From: an uncultured Staphylococcaceae bacterium
Lineage (GTDB): Bacteria; Bacillota_I; Bacilli_A; RFN20; CAG-826
Direction: 5' to 3'
Length of the DNA stretch: 64,000 nucleotides
NCBI GenBank assembly: GCA_964410505.1
Contig: CAYPGR010000002.1
Span: 15,939-79,938 of the forward strand
Part shown: piece after piece, positions 38,582 to 48,687 of the stretch
How positions within the stretch are numbered: position 1 is the stretch's first letter
How the letters are laid out: each line of letters starts with the position of its first letter
Made by a program: the position numbers and the translations under genes
The notes under the pieces: generated by a model
The model's input: only the letters and a program-made list of their open reading frames with translations
Database searches by the model: none
Told to the model about the DNA's origin: nothing

Positions 38582-39607
38582 ATGGCAATCAATCAAAAAT
38601 CAACTTTTCGCATTAACCTAACCGGCGATAACGACCGTGATCGTCAAAACATTTTTAATTACATTGTTGAAAATGTGCCAAATGAAGATACGGAGCCTGA
38701 AGTTTTTGTGTTGGCGGCGACCTTTTTAGGAAAAGATAGTAAAGAAATTCATAATGAAATTAGGCTCAACCCGGAAGTGCTTGTTCCCGTCTGTTTGCAG
38801 CTGATGAAAGAAGAAAAAATTAATCTCTTACGACGTGCTGAGATCGGGAATGCCCTTGTCAAATATTCGGATAGTCACGGGAAAATTTTGGATGCAAAGG
38901 CTCCTAAAAAACCATTGTTTAATTTGACCAATGAATATGAACAAGCACTTTACTCTAAATTATCTCAACAAAATTACCAAGATATTCTCGTAACCTATCC
39001 TTTTTTTCAAATCTATTTTCAACGCGGATTAATTTTTGAAAAAATTAGTGATTACCCGAATGCCTTCCGGATGTATTCAAAAGCCCATCAATGGAATCCG
39101 TTTAACCCGAAAGCCATTATCAAAATTTTAGAAGCACTTAAGTATGATAAAAGAGCCAGTGATATTTTTAAATTATCCTCGTGGTTCTTACAAGTTGTTT
39201 ATAGTCTTTCAAATATTAGTGCAGCGCTCCGTTTTGCGGGATATGCCCTTTATCTTGAAGGTAAGTTTGAACAAGCATACGCCTACTATTATCAATCGAT
39301 TGTTTATGATGATAAGGTGTTACCATCCAATTTTAACGAAGAAATTACGAGCGTTTTAACGGCTCTTAAAAAAGAAGGCCCCTATGAACTTACCCGCTCG
39401 CAAATTAAAAAACTTTTTGCGGCTGGACGTGACAAACCTTTTCCAAGTGAAATCGCCTTTGACACGATTCGAGCTTTAATTATTGAACACTATCATAAGG
39501 AACGGTATGTTGACGTCCTTAGATACGCGACGCATTATGTTTTTATTCGCCCAAATGACGAAAAAGTTTCACGTATTTTAAAAGTAAGTAAACTGAATTT
39601 AAATTAA
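38582..39607 (+). CDS. Tetratricopeptide-repeat protein
   Basis: Helical repeats such as RGLIFEKISDYPNAFRMYSKAHQWNP and GYALYLEGKFEQAYAYY. Confidence 0.65.
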   Translation: MAINQKSTFRINLTGDNDRDRQNIFNYIVENVPNEDTEPEVFVLAATFLGKDSKEIHNEIRLNPEVLVPVCLQLMKEEKINLLRRAEIGNALVKYSDSHGKILDAKAPKKPLFNLTNEYEQALYSKLSQQNYQDILVTYPFFQIYFQRGLIFEKISDYPNAFRMYSKAHQWNPFNPKAIIKILEALKYDKRASDIFKLSSWFLQVVYSLSNISAALRFAGYALYLEGKFEQAYAYYYQSIVYDDKVLPSNFNEEITSVLTALKKEGPYELTRSQIKKLFAAGRDKPFPSEIAFDTIRALIIEHYHKERYVDVLRYATHYVFIRPNDEKVSRILKVSKLNLN

Positions 39608-39609
39608 AA

Positions 39610-39636
39610 ATAGCACTCTTATTTGACAAGTGCCAA
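39610..39636. promoter_or_regulatory. CIRCE element 1 (HrcA operator), overlapping the -35 box
   Basis: aTAGCACTC-N9-aAGTGCcAA. Confidence 0.8.
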
Positions 39637-39650
39637 AGATGGTATATAAT
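39623..39650 (+). promoter_or_regulatory. Sigma-A promoter of clpB
   Basis: TTGACA, 16 nt spacer, TATAAT. Confidence 0.9.
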
Positions 39651-39654
39651 AAAA

Positions 39655-39681
39655 TTAGCACTCAGGCTTTTCTAGTGCTAA
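39655..39681. promoter_or_regulatory. CIRCE element 2 (HrcA operator), abutting the SD
   Basis: TTAGCACTC-N9-tAGTGCTAA directly followed by GGAGG. Confidence 0.92.
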
Positions 39682-39694
39682 GGAGGTATATATT

Positions 39695-41812
39695 ATGAAT
39701 TTTAATCCTTTTCAAAATTATGAACAAGATGAAAAAATACTTGAAAAATTTGGTCGCTTTTTAGATGAAGAAGCCAAAGCAAATAAAAGTGATCCTGTGA
39801 TTGGTCGCGATAGCGAAATCCGCCGGATCATCGAAATATTAGCCCGCAAAAACAAAAATAATGTCATTTTACTTGGTGAACCGGGAGTTGGCAAAACAGC
39901 TATTATTGAAGGACTTGCGCAACGTATTGTGGCCGGCGATGTGCCGAAGAATTTAGCCAATAAGCAAATCTATGAACTCGATATGGGTGCCCTTATTGCT
40001 GGCGCTAAATTTCGTGGTGAATTTGAAGAACGCTTAAAAGCTATTTTAAAGAAAATTAAAGAAAGCAATCATAATATTATTTTATTTATTGATGAAATCC
40101 ACTTAATTGTTGGTGCGGGTAAAGCTGAAGGGGCCATTGATGCTGGCAATATGCTTAAACCAATGCTTGCACGTGGTGAAATTCATACCATTGGGGCGAC
40201 AACTCTTGACGAATATCGAAACTATATAGAAAAAGATCGGGCGCTTGAACGACGTTTTCAACCACTGATGGTTCAGGAACCGTCGCTTGAAGACACCATT
40301 TCCATCCTCCGTGGTCTTAAAGCACGTTATGAAAGTCATCACGGGATTAAGATTAGCGATAATGCACTTGTGAGTGCGGCTGTTTTGAGTGAACGTTATA
40401 TTACAGAACGTTTCTTACCTGATAAGGCGCTTGACCTGGTGGATGAAGCGTGTTCTTTAATTCGGGTGGAAGTCGAAAGTTTACCGGTTGAACTTGATGA
40501 GATTCGTCGGAAAATGCGTCAACTAGAAATTGAACGGGTTGCCCTCGGTAAAGAAAAAGATGAACTTAGTAAAAAACGTCTTGAAAAGGTGAATGAAGAA
40601 CTTGATAAACTAAAAGCCGAAGATGAACGATATTCCAAAGAATGGGAACATGAAATAAGTGACTTAAGTACGTTAAACAAGGCGAAGAAAGAACTGGAAA
40701 CGGCGCGTTTTAACTTAACAGTCGCCTTTAATAATGGTAAATATGAGGAAGCGTCAGCATTACAATATAAAATCATCCCTGACCTAGAAAAAAGAATTGA
40801 AAAACTTACTTCAGAGAATAAAGAAAATAAACTACTCAAAGAAACGGTGACGGAAGATGAAATTGCTGAAGTCGTGGCCCGGCAAACCGGAATTCCGCTC
40901 AAACGTATCATGGAAAGCGAAAAAGCGAAGATTCTATCGCTTTATGACGCCCTTAAAAAGCGGGTCTTAGGTCAAGATGTTGCCCTTCGACTTGTGAGTG
41001 ATGCCATCTTACGGCAACGAGCGGGACTAAATAATCCTAATCGGCCCATTGGAAGTTTTCTTTTCCTTGGACCAACTGGGGTTGGTAAAACGGAAGTGGC
41101 GCGCTCATTAGCGCTGTCGTTATTTGATGACGAAAAACATATCGTACGTATTGATATGAGTGAATACATGGAAAAATTCTCGGTTAGTCGTTTAATCGGG
41201 GCACCCCCGGGCTATGTTGGGTATGACGAAGGTGGCCAATTAACGGAAGCAGTGCGGCGTAGTCCTTATTCGATTGTCTTATTTGATGAAATTGAAAAGG
41301 CGCATCCCGAAGTCTTTAATTTACTCTTACAAGTGCTCGATGACGGTCGCTTAACCGACTCGCAAGGACGAGTTGTCAATTTTAAAAATACAGTCATCAT
41401 TATGACCAGTAATCTAGGAAGTGAGCTCTTCCATAAAAATCAACTCAGTAAAGTTGATGATCTCATTAAGCAAACCTTTAAGCCTGAACTCATTAATCGG
41501 ATTGATGAAATTGTCTACTTCCTACCGCTTAGTAAAGAAACACAACGCGACATTACGCGCAAGATGCTTGATGAACTCATTGAACATGTCAGCAAGAATA
41601 ACTTTAAACTCATCTACGATGAGAAAATGATTGATTTCGTGCTTGATAATGCCTATGCGCCTGAATTTGGTGCCCGCCCGCTCAAGCGCTTTATTCAAAA
41701 AAGTCTTGAAACGTTTATTGCAGAGGAAATTGTCCGCGGTAACATTGACAATAATGTGACCTATCGTTTAACTGTGCAAAATAACGAACTAGTGATTTCT
41801 CCTTTTGCTTAA
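39695..41812 (+). CDS. clpB: ClpB chaperone lacking the N-terminal domain
   Basis: DPVIGRD at about residue 25, two AAA+ modules (GEPGVGKT, GPTGVGKT) and a coiled-coil middle domain. Confidence 0.9.
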   Translation: MNFNPFQNYEQDEKILEKFGRFLDEEAKANKSDPVIGRDSEIRRIIEILARKNKNNVILLGEPGVGKTAIIEGLAQRIVAGDVPKNLANKQIYELDMGALIAGAKFRGEFEERLKAILKKIKESNHNIILFIDEIHLIVGAGKAEGAIDAGNMLKPMLARGEIHTIGATTLDEYRNYIEKDRALERRFQPLMVQEPSLEDTISILRGLKARYESHHGIKISDNALVSAAVLSERYITERFLPDKALDLVDEACSLIRVEVESLPVELDEIRRKMRQLEIERVALGKEKDELSKKRLEKVNEELDKLKAEDERYSKEWEHEISDLSTLNKAKKELETARFNLTVAFNNGKYEEASALQYKIIPDLEKRIEKLTSENKENKLLKETVTEDEIAEVVARQTGIPLKRIMESEKAKILSLYDALKKRVLGQDVALRLVSDAILRQRAGLNNPNRPIGSFLFLGPTGVGKTEVARSLALSLFDDEKHIVRIDMSEYMEKFSVSRLIGAPPGYVGYDEGGQLTEAVRRSPYSIVLFDEIEKAHPEVFNLLLQVLDDGRLTDSQGRVVNFKNTVIIMTSNLGSELFHKNQLSKVDDLIKQTFKPELINRIDEIVYFLPLSKETQRDITRKMLDELIEHVSKNNFKLIYDEKMIDFVLDNAYAPEFGARPLKRFIQKSLETFIAEEIVRGNIDNNVTYRLTVQNNELVISPFA

Positions 41813-41880
41813 CATGATTATTTTACAAAGAGGGTCGCTTTTGCTATAATTTACTTGGAAAGAATTATAGGTATTTTAAT

Positions 41881-42900
41881 ATGAAAATAAGAAAACTTTT
41901 ATTGGGCCTTGTGGCATTAACGATTCTTTCGGCTTGTAAACCAACTTCAAGTAGTGAACCAACCGAAAGCAGTGAAACCCCAAGTGTTACCAGTCAACCT
42001 GAAGTCACGAGCGAACCTGACGTCACAAGTGACGTTGTCTCAAGCAGTGAAGAATCAAGTTCAGCCCCTTCATCTAGTGAATGGGTGCCACCAACCCCTG
42101 TTTGGCAACCTGCTTTAACGATGAGTTTTACGCCCATGGCGGAATATAGCGGCTCATTCTGGAATACGATCGATTTTAACTTACGGGGTGAAGACCTTAA
42201 AACAGCACTCTTCAACTATCTGAATCCTAAGAAAAAACTCATTACTTACGGAGAAACCATGGGTGCTTTACGGGAAATGGACCGGGACCCAAGTAATTCA
42301 AATAACATTCTCTCAATCTATGACTTAAAATCACATCCTGGGGCAACATACAATGGTGGTAAATGGAATAAAGAACACTCATACCCACAATCAAAATTAA
42401 AAGATGGCAACGAATCACTTGGCGCCTCCAATAATGTGGCAAATATCTCAAGTGACGTTGCAAACCTCTTTGCAAGTGATGCCGACTTAAACACAACCCG
42501 TAGTAACAATAGTTATGGCGAATGGAATTACACAAGTGATCCCCAAACACTTTATGAATTCACTTTAACGAATACTGCTGGTCAAAGAGTTGATTCCATT
42601 TTACGCCGCGGTTATTTCTCACCAACCCCGCTTGTTCGTGGTGAAATTGCCCGGGCTCAACTTTATATGTTAGTGATGTATCCAACCCAATGTGCACTAG
42701 GTGAAAACTTTGCTATTCAAACAATGATTAAGTGGGATCGTGAACATGTGCCAACCGTTGAACGTGATGGCCAACGCCAAACAGGTATTCAAAAATACCA
42801 AGAAATTCGGAACCCATTTATCGACAATCGTAACTTATCATGCTATATTTGGGGCGACACTAACATTCAAACCCGTTCACTTTGTAACGGAATTTACTAA
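41881..42900 (+). CDS. Lipoprotein endonuclease I family nuclease
   Basis: Lipobox LSAC, S/T/E/P linker, WNKEHSYPQS, RGEIARAQLYM, RNPFID. Confidence 0.85.
   Translation: MKIRKLLLGLVALTILSACKPTSSSEPTESSETPSVTSQPEVTSEPDVTSDVVSSSEESSSAPSSSEWVPPTPVWQPALTMSFTPMAEYSGSFWNTIDFNLRGEDLKTALFNYLNPKKKLITYGETMGALREMDRDPSNSNNILSIYDLKSHPGATYNGGKWNKEHSYPQSKLKDGNESLGASNNVANISSDVANLFASDADLNTTRSNNSYGEWNYTSDPQTLYEFTLTNTAGQRVDSILRRGYFSPTPLVRGEIARAQLYMLVMYPTQCALGENFAIQTMIKWDREHVPTVERDGQRQTGIQKYQEIRNPFIDNRNLSCYIWGDTNIQTRSLCNGIY
41980..42033 (+). repeat. Three imperfect 18-nt tandem repeats encoding P-x-V-T-S-x in the lipoprotein linker
   Basis: CCAAGTGTTACCAGTCAA / CCTGAAGTCACGAGCGAA / CCTGACGTCACAAGTGAC. Confidence 0.6.
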
Positions 42901-42919
42901 AAATACATCGTCTATCAAG

Positions 42920-42949
42920 AAGCTCTAGCGCAAAACTAGAGCTTTTTTT
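42920..42949 (+). terminator. Intrinsic terminator
   Basis: AAGCTCTAG-cgcaaaa-CTAGAGCTT followed by T-tract. Confidence 0.85.
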
Positions 42950-43006
42950 ATTCTTTGCATTACTTTGTTTGAAATCTAATTAAAGATGTAATATACTTTT
43001 AACGTT

Positions 43007-43080
43007 GCCCCCTTAGTTAAATGGCATAACAGATCCATGGTAAGGATCAGTCGCTAGTTCGATTCTGGCAGGGGGCACCA
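43007..43080 (+). tRNA. tRNA-Thr (anticodon GGT)
   Basis: Acceptor stem GCCCCCT/AGGGGGC, D-arm GTTA/TAAC, anticodon arm GATCC-ATGGTAA-GGATC, TTCGA T-loop, encoded CCA. Promoter TTGAAA-17-TATACT at 42969-42997. Confidence 0.95.
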
Positions 43081-43097
43081 TTTTATTAACAATGTCC

Positions 43098-43126
43098 TTG
43101 CATTTGTTCGTAAAATACGCTAATAT
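43098..43126 (+). promoter_or_regulatory. Promoter of the rimP-nusA-infB operon
   Basis: TTGCAT, 17 nt spacer, TAATAT. Confidence 0.65.
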
Positions 43127-43169
43127 TAATAGGTAAATATAATTTACAAAGTAAACTTCAAATTCTCTG

Positions 43170-43196
43170 GAGTGGGTACGCCCACTCTTTATTTTA
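43170..43196 (+). promoter_or_regulatory. rimP leader hairpin/weak terminator (NusA autoregulatory attenuator type)
   Basis: GAGTGGG-tacg-CCCACTC plus interrupted T-tract just before the rimP SD, like the Firmicutes ylxS leader. Confidence 0.7.
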
Positions 43197-43207
43197 CTGG
43201 GAGGAAT

Positions 43208-43666
43208 ATGGATCTAAATTTACTTAAACCACAAATTAAAGCCATCTTAACGGACAAGGGCTATCGATTAATGAATGTTCACTTTCTAAATGAAGGGGAC
43301 GAACGCTACTTACGGGTCATCGTTGATAAATACCATCATACGGTAAATCTTGATGAGATTGTCAGCATTAGCGAAGCCATTGATCAACTGATCGATGTTG
43401 ATGCTGAATCGGAACCATTCACCCTCGATGTAACGACCACTGGGGCGGAAAAAGAGGTCCCACTTCATGAAGTTGATGATTACTTGAATACTTACTTATC
43501 GGTCACGCTAAATGATGGTATTAAAGGACCACCTGTCGTAACCGGCACGCTTGTTGCGGTCAGTAATGAACGCTTATCAATCACGACTAACCTCAAAGGT
43601 CGGATTAAAAATATCGATATCCCACGCGGGGACATAAAATCAATTAAACGCGCACTAAAATTTTAA
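43208..43666 (+). CDS. rimP: Ribosome maturation factor RimP
   Basis: YLRVIVDK, FTLDVTTTGAEK (cf. LEVSSPG). First gene of the canonical operon; start at ATG 43208 after GGGAGG. Confidence 0.85.
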   Translation: MDLNLLKPQIKAILTDKGYRLMNVHFLNEGDERYLRVIVDKYHHTVNLDEIVSISEAIDQLIDVDAESEPFTLDVTTTGAEKEVPLHEVDDYLNTYLSVTLNDGIKGPPVVTGTLVAVSNERLSITTNLKGRIKNIDIPRGDIKSIKRALKF

Positions 43667-43683
43667 AAAGGATCAATAGAAAA

Positions 43684-45354
43684 ATGGCCAGAATTACTAA
43701 ATCAGTACAAAAACAACGACAAACAAGATTTGATGCGATGCTTCAAATGTTTCGCGAAGTTGCCGAAAAGCATAATCTGAAAGAAGAAGTTGTCATCGAA
43801 ATCTTTAAGAAAGCGGTTCGTAATGCCTATGCCCGTCAAAAGGGCGGCGATGATGTCAATGTTGACGTTGCTTTAAATGAAGAAATGCTCGACTTTGAAG
43901 CACAACTTTTAAAAACCGTCGTTGCACACGATGATGATATTCAAGATGATGCGCTTGAAATTAGTCTTGAAGAAGCCAAAGAGTTTGATAACGATGCGAT
44001 CGTTGGCGGTCATGTTGTGGTCGAACGGGGTTTCTTAGGAACATTTAATACCAAATTATCAAACAACGTTGCCCAAAACTTTCGGCACCAACTCATTGAG
44101 TTAGAAAAAGAACAACTCTTCAATCTCTTCAAAGACAAAATTGGTGAACTTGTTAAGGGGACAGTTGAGAAAAACGAAAAAACAACTTATATTAACTTAC
44201 TAGGCATTACCAATGTCTTCTTTGATGAAAGAGGCAAACAAGCCATTCCTGGTGAAAACTTCCGTAATGGCCAAGAACTTAATTTCTATATTGTCGATGT
44301 TGTGAGTGGTACTAAAGGCGCCAATATTATTATCTCTCGGAGCCACCCAAACTTTGTTAAACGCTTAATGGAACGCGAAGTCCATGAAATCTATGATGGC
44401 ACGATTGTGATTCACGACATTGTTCGGGAAGAAGGCGAACGCGTCAAGGTTTCGGTTGAGAGCCTTGATCCAAACGTTGACCCCGTTGGCAGTTGTATTG
44501 GACCAAATGCAAGTCGGATTCAAAAAATCACTGCTGAACTTGGACCTGATGGCCGTAAAGAAAAAATTGATATTATTCCGTGGGCTAAAAATCCAGCCCT
44601 TTATATCTTTGAAGCCTTCCGTCCTGCAGTCCCGCTGGGCTTAACGATTGATACTGAAGATAAGACTGCTAAAGTTGTCTTTGCGGAAGAAGAAAAAGGA
44701 AAAGCCTTTGGTCATAAAGGGGCAAACATTCGTCTTGCCGCTAAATTGACGGGCTACAATATCTCGATCCTTGATGTCAATGAAGCGATGGAACAAGGTA
44801 TTATCTTCCAAACCAAAGCGGATATTGAATATGAAGAAAGACTGGCAGAACAAGAAAAAACCCGTGAACGAATTCTCCGTGAACTGGCCCGTAGTGAAGA
44901 AGTTGCGCAACGCGTCGCTGAACAAAAACAACTCCTTGCGGATGAAGTTAATGCCATGAATGAAGATTCACCAATGGATAAGGATGAATTCACTATTAAA
45001 TTAGAAGCTGAACCAACACCAGTGGTTGTTCCAACCCCAGTGGTCGAAGAACCGGTCGTTGTCCAAGCGGTTAAAACGACGATCTCACTCGCAGATCTTG
45101 AAGCTGAACTAGCTAAAGAAAAAGCCCTTGAAGAAGCCAAAGAAAAAGCGCTTGCGAAACGGGAAGAACGCCGCACTCGTGGCCGCGTTGAAACGCCAAA
45201 AGCTCCAGTTGATACCGTTGAACCAACGATCAGTGGCCCAAAAATGGACATTTATACCGAAGAAGAATTAAAAGCCTTAGAACAAGAACATGAACAAGTT
45301 GTTGAAGAAGATGATATCGACTACGATGACTTTGATGAATACTATAACGAATAA
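43684..45354 (+). CDS. nusA: Transcription elongation factor NusA with a long C-terminal extension
   Basis: IIISRSHPNFVKRLMEREV, REEGERVKV, DPVGSCIG, GHKGANIRLAAKLTGYNI. Confidence 0.93.
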   Translation: MARITKSVQKQRQTRFDAMLQMFREVAEKHNLKEEVVIEIFKKAVRNAYARQKGGDDVNVDVALNEEMLDFEAQLLKTVVAHDDDIQDDALEISLEEAKEFDNDAIVGGHVVVERGFLGTFNTKLSNNVAQNFRHQLIELEKEQLFNLFKDKIGELVKGTVEKNEKTTYINLLGITNVFFDERGKQAIPGENFRNGQELNFYIVDVVSGTKGANIIISRSHPNFVKRLMEREVHEIYDGTIVIHDIVREEGERVKVSVESLDPNVDPVGSCIGPNASRIQKITAELGPDGRKEKIDIIPWAKNPALYIFEAFRPAVPLGLTIDTEDKTAKVVFAEEEKGKAFGHKGANIRLAAKLTGYNISILDVNEAMEQGIIFQTKADIEYEERLAEQEKTRERILRELARSEEVAQRVAEQKQLLADEVNAMNEDSPMDKDEFTIKLEAEPTPVVVPTPVVEEPVVVQAVKTTISLADLEAELAKEKALEEAKEKALAKREERRTRGRVETPKAPVDTVEPTISGPKMDIYTEEELKALEQEHEQVVEEDDIDYDDFDEYYNE

Positions 45355-45374
45355 AGTTAAAGAGGAGGATCACC

Positions 45375-45635
45375 ATGAAAAAAGAAGTCTTACGACGCTG
45401 TATTGTCACCGGTGAAAGCCATCCCAAAAATAATCTTATTCGGGTGGTGCGTACGCCTGAAGGTAACGTCATCATTGACCCGACTAAAAAAGCAAATGGT
45501 CGTGGGGCGTATGTCGTGGCACGTCAAGAGGCTATTCTTCTTGCAAAAAAGAAGGATGCCTTTGCACGCGCTCTTGAAACAACGACAAGTGAAGCGCTAT
45601 ATGAAGCGCTCTTGGAGTTAGTGCGTGAATCGTGA
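45375..45635 (+). CDS. ylxR: YlxR/RnpM family RNA-binding protein
   Basis: RRCIVTGE, LIRVVRTPEG, KANGRGAY. Confidence 0.92.
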   Translation: MKKEVLRRCIVTGESHPKNNLIRVVRTPEGNVIIDPTKKANGRGAYVVARQEAILLAKKKDAFARALETTTSEALYEALLELVRES

Positions 45636-45939
45636 ACGTTTACAATCGTTTCTCCACTTGATTAAACGAAGTGGCGTTATTATGCTCGGAGCGGACTACT
45701 TAACGGTTAGTCATCTTCCGCGCATTCACATCGTTCTCGTGAGCGACGAAATTAGTGACCAAAGTCGGGCGTTAGTGACAAACTTTACAACCCGACACAA
45801 TATCAGACGTTATGATGTCCCTGCGAACATCATCGTTAGTCTCTATCCAGGCAAGAATGTTAAAGTGCTTGTAATTACAAGTCGTGAATCTGCCAAGAAA
45901 ATCGCAAATTTAATGAAAGAAGGTGATCCTTATGAGTGA
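45625..45939 (+). CDS. Divergent L7Ae/YlxQ-like protein
   Basis: Position between ylxR and infB, about 100 aa, overlapping both neighbours; similarity is weak. Confidence 0.6.
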   Translation: MNRERLQSFLHLIKRSGVIMLGADYLTVSHLPRIHIVLVSDEISDQSRALVTNFTTRHNIRRYDVPANIIVSLYPGKNVKVLVITSRESAKKIANLMKEGDPYE

Positions 45940-47755
45940 AATTAAACGCATAAGCAATCTAAGTCCGCAAAGTAAAAAAGCTAATAGCCCCTATGTTGAA
46001 GGGAGAAAACTTTTCTATCAAGGACCAATTAAAGTAAGCGATTTAGCCCGTTTATTAAAAATATCTGAAGCCCAAATTATCAAAAATTTATTTATGAAAA
46101 AACAAATGGTAACGATTAATAATGTCCTTACCACGGAAACAATTGGTGAATTATGTCTGGATTTTAATTTTGATTTTGAACTTATCGAAAATAAAGATGA
46201 AGTCTCTGACTTCAACTTGTCCGCCGTCATTGATGATCCAAATGATTTAAGACCACGGCCACCTGTTGTGACCATTATGGGGCACGTTGACCATGGTAAG
46301 ACGACCTTAATTGACACCATTCGTAGCAGTAATGTCGCAAGTGGCGAAGCGGGGTCCATCACCCAAGCCATTGGGGCTTATCAAAAAGAAATAAATGGCC
46401 GCAAAATTACCTTTATCGACACACCAGGACACGAAGCCTTTACCGCCATGCGTAGCCGTGGCACGAAAGTAACTGATATTGTCATCCTTGTTGTTGCTGC
46501 TGATGATGGCGTTATGCCACAAACCATTGAGGCGATTGATCATGCCCGTGCTGCTAATGTTCCAATCATTGTCGCGGTTAATAAAATTGATAAATTAGGA
46601 GCAGATATTCAAAAAGTAAAAAATGAATTACTTGCTCAAAACGTCATTGCCGAGGATTTCGGTGGTGATATTATTTTCCAAGGTGTTTCTGCAAAAAAAG
46701 GCACCGGTATTGAAGCTTTGCTTGATGCCATCCTTGTAACAAGTGAAATGCTTGAACTCAAAGCTAATCCCTATCGTTATGCGTATGGGACTGTTCTTGA
46801 AGCAAAACTTGAACGCGGTGAAGGGCCTAAAGCGACCCTTTTAGTTGAAAATGGAACCCTCTTAAACAAAGATTTTGTCGTCGCTGGCGCCAGTTTTGGT
46901 AAAATCCGACGCATGAGTAACGAATATAATAAAGTCATTAAAAGTGCAGGACCCGCTACTCCGGTGAGTATTATCGGCTTAGATGAAGTCCCTGAAGCTG
47001 GCGATAATTTTATTGCCTTTGAGACCGAAAAAGAAGCCAAAGAATTAGCCTTTAAGCGTAAACAATCAAAAATTGATGAAATGCGCGGCAGTAGTGAAGG
47101 TCTTAAACTCAGTGATCTTGCGTCTAAAGTTGCCGAAGGTGAAATGGTCACCCTCAATGTCATTATTAAAGCCGATAACAGCGGTTCAGCTGAAGCTGTC
47201 CGTTCAAGTCTAGAAAAAATTAATGTCAAGGGCATCCGCCTTAATATTATTCGTGCGAGTGCTGGCCAAATCACCGAAAGTGATGTCTTACTTGCGACGG
47301 CGAGTAACGCCATTATTTATGGGTTTAATATTCGGCCATCGGCTCAAGTTCGTGACCTCGCGGATCGGAATAAAGTCGAAATTCACTTACACCGTATTAT
47401 TTATGCCTTACTTGAACAAACCGAAGCGGCCCTTAAAGGGTTATTAAAGCCAGAATTTGAAGAAAAAGTAACTGGACAAGCCGAAGTCCGGGCTATTTGG
47501 AATGCCTCTAAGGTTGGCACAATTGCCGGTTCATATGTCTTATCCGGTGTGCTCAAACGTGATCAGAGTGCTCGTCTCATTCGGAACGGTATCATCGTCT
47601 ATGAAGGAAAAATTGCGACAATGCGCCAAGTTAAAAATGATGTCGCACAATCACGTGCTGGTTTTGAATGCGGGATGACCCTCTTAAATTTCAATGATAT
47701 TAAGGAAGGCGATATTATCGAAGGCTTTGAAATGGTGGAAATTAAAAATGCCTAA
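45932..47755 (+). CDS. infB: Translation initiation factor IF-2
   Basis: [35 protein letters not shown]. Start at ATG 45932. Confidence 0.97.
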   Translation: MSEIKRISNLSPQSKKANSPYVEGRKLFYQGPIKVSDLARLLKISEAQIIKNLFMKKQMVTINNVLTTETIGELCLDFNFDFELIENKDEVSDFNLSAVIDDPNDLRPRPPVVTIMGHVDHGKTTLIDTIRSSNVASGEAGSITQAIGAYQKEINGRKITFIDTPGHEAFTAMRSRGTKVTDIVILVVAADDGVMPQTIEAIDHARAANVPIIVAVNKIDKLGADIQKVKNELLAQNVIAEDFGGDIIFQGVSAKKGTGIEALLDAILVTSEMLELKANPYRYAYGTVLEAKLERGEGPKATLLVENGTLLNKDFVVAGASFGKIRRMSNEYNKVIKSAGPATPVSIIGLDEVPEAGDNFIAFETEKEAKELAFKRKQSKIDEMRGSSEGLKLSDLASKVAEGEMVTLNVIIKADNSGSAEAVRSSLEKINVKGIRLNIIRASAGQITESDVLLATASNAIIYGFNIRPSAQVRDLADRNKVEIHLHRIIYALLEQTEAALKGLLKPEFEEKVTGQAEVRAIWNASKVGTIAGSYVLSGVLKRDQSARLIRNGIIVYEGKIATMRQVKNDVAQSRAGFECGMTLLNFNDIKEGDIIEGFEMVEIKNA

Positions 47756-48092
47756 ACATAGTAAAGGTCGTAATGAATCTTTGATGCTTCGCTACTTAAG
47801 CGAAATCGTATCCTATAAAGTCCATGATCCTTCACTTGGCTTAACGACCGTTACTGAAGTTGAAGTGACGAGTGATTATAGTTACGCTAAAGTGTTCGTT
47901 AGTTTTCTCGGGGATGGCGATGTCAAAGCAAAGATGACGATTCTTAATAACGCTGCCGGGTTTATTCGTCATGAACTAGCCCAAAAGATGACGATTAGAA
48001 AAATTCCTGAACTTCGTTTTGTTTACGATGATACTTTAGAAAAAGCAGCGAAGCTTGATGCCATCTTAAAAAAAGCACTTAAAGACAAATAA
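47748..48092 (+). CDS. rbfA: Ribosome-binding factor A
   Basis: TVTEVEVTSDYSYAKVFVS, AGFIRHEL, IRKIPELRFVYD. Start at ATG 47748. Confidence 0.95.
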   Translation: MPKHSKGRNESLMLRYLSEIVSYKVHDPSLGLTTVTEVEVTSDYSYAKVFVSFLGDGDVKAKMTILNNAAGFIRHELAQKMTIRKIPELRFVYDDTLEKAAKLDAILKKALKDK

Positions 48093-48098
48093 CATATT

Positions 48099-48128
48099 AA
48101 GTCTTATCAAAAATTGATAAGACTTTTT
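48099..48128 (+). terminator. Intrinsic terminator of the infB operon
   Basis: AAGTCTTATCAA-aaa-TTGATAAGACTT followed by T-tract. Confidence 0.85.
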
Positions 48129-48284
48129 CTTTTACCCACAAAATTCGAGACATGATGCTCTTTTATACCATTAATTTCATTATACAAGTGTGATGTTTTT
48201 GGCGAACATCTTGTGATTAGGTATAATTAAATAGTTAGGGTATTATTATATTTTCGCCCTAAACGTTATTAAGGAGAGAAAGAA

Positions 48285-48677
48285 ATGCATCCAGTATTAG
48301 AATTCTTACTACTATTCGTTGTCGCTTTTGGTGTTTTTATTGTCGTTGATTTAGTGTGGCTCGTTGTGATTGCTCGTAAGCTTTATAAAAAGTATCTTGG
48401 TTATATTATGACCGACAAGGTGAGATGGGGCGCGGCCTTAATCTTCTATGTTATTTTCATTGCCGGCCTTGTTTTCTTTGCGATTATGCCAGCAAATAAC
48501 GCCCTCATGGCCATGCTTTATGGCGGCTTACTTGGATTTTTAGGTTATGCAACGTACGATTTAACGAATCTTGCGACCTTAAAAGGATGGCCGGTTGCCG
48601 TGACTATTATTGATCTTATTTGGGGCACAAGTCTTGGCGCCATTGTGTCTGTTTTAACTTTCTTAATTGTCCGCTAA
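48285..48677 (+). CDS. DUF2177 family membrane protein
   Basis: DLVWL, YATYDLTNLATLKGWP, IDLIWG. Confidence 0.88.
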   Translation: MHPVLEFLLLFVVAFGVFIVVDLVWLVVIARKLYKKYLGYIMTDKVRWGAALIFYVIFIAGLVFFAIMPANNALMAMLYGGLLGFLGYATYDLTNLATLKGWPVAVTIIDLIWGTSLGAIVSVLTFLIVR

Positions 48678-48687
48678 AAGGAGTATT

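Noticed and set aside
44754-45251. 165 aa antisense ORF inside nusA
   Set aside because: It is a shadow of low-complexity Glu/Ala/Lys codons on the coding strand, with no SD or recognisable motif.
46777-47313. 178 aa antisense ORF inside infB
   Set aside because: It is a shadow ORF opposite a highly conserved gene; the same applies to the other short nested ORFs in pdh, clpB and pnp.
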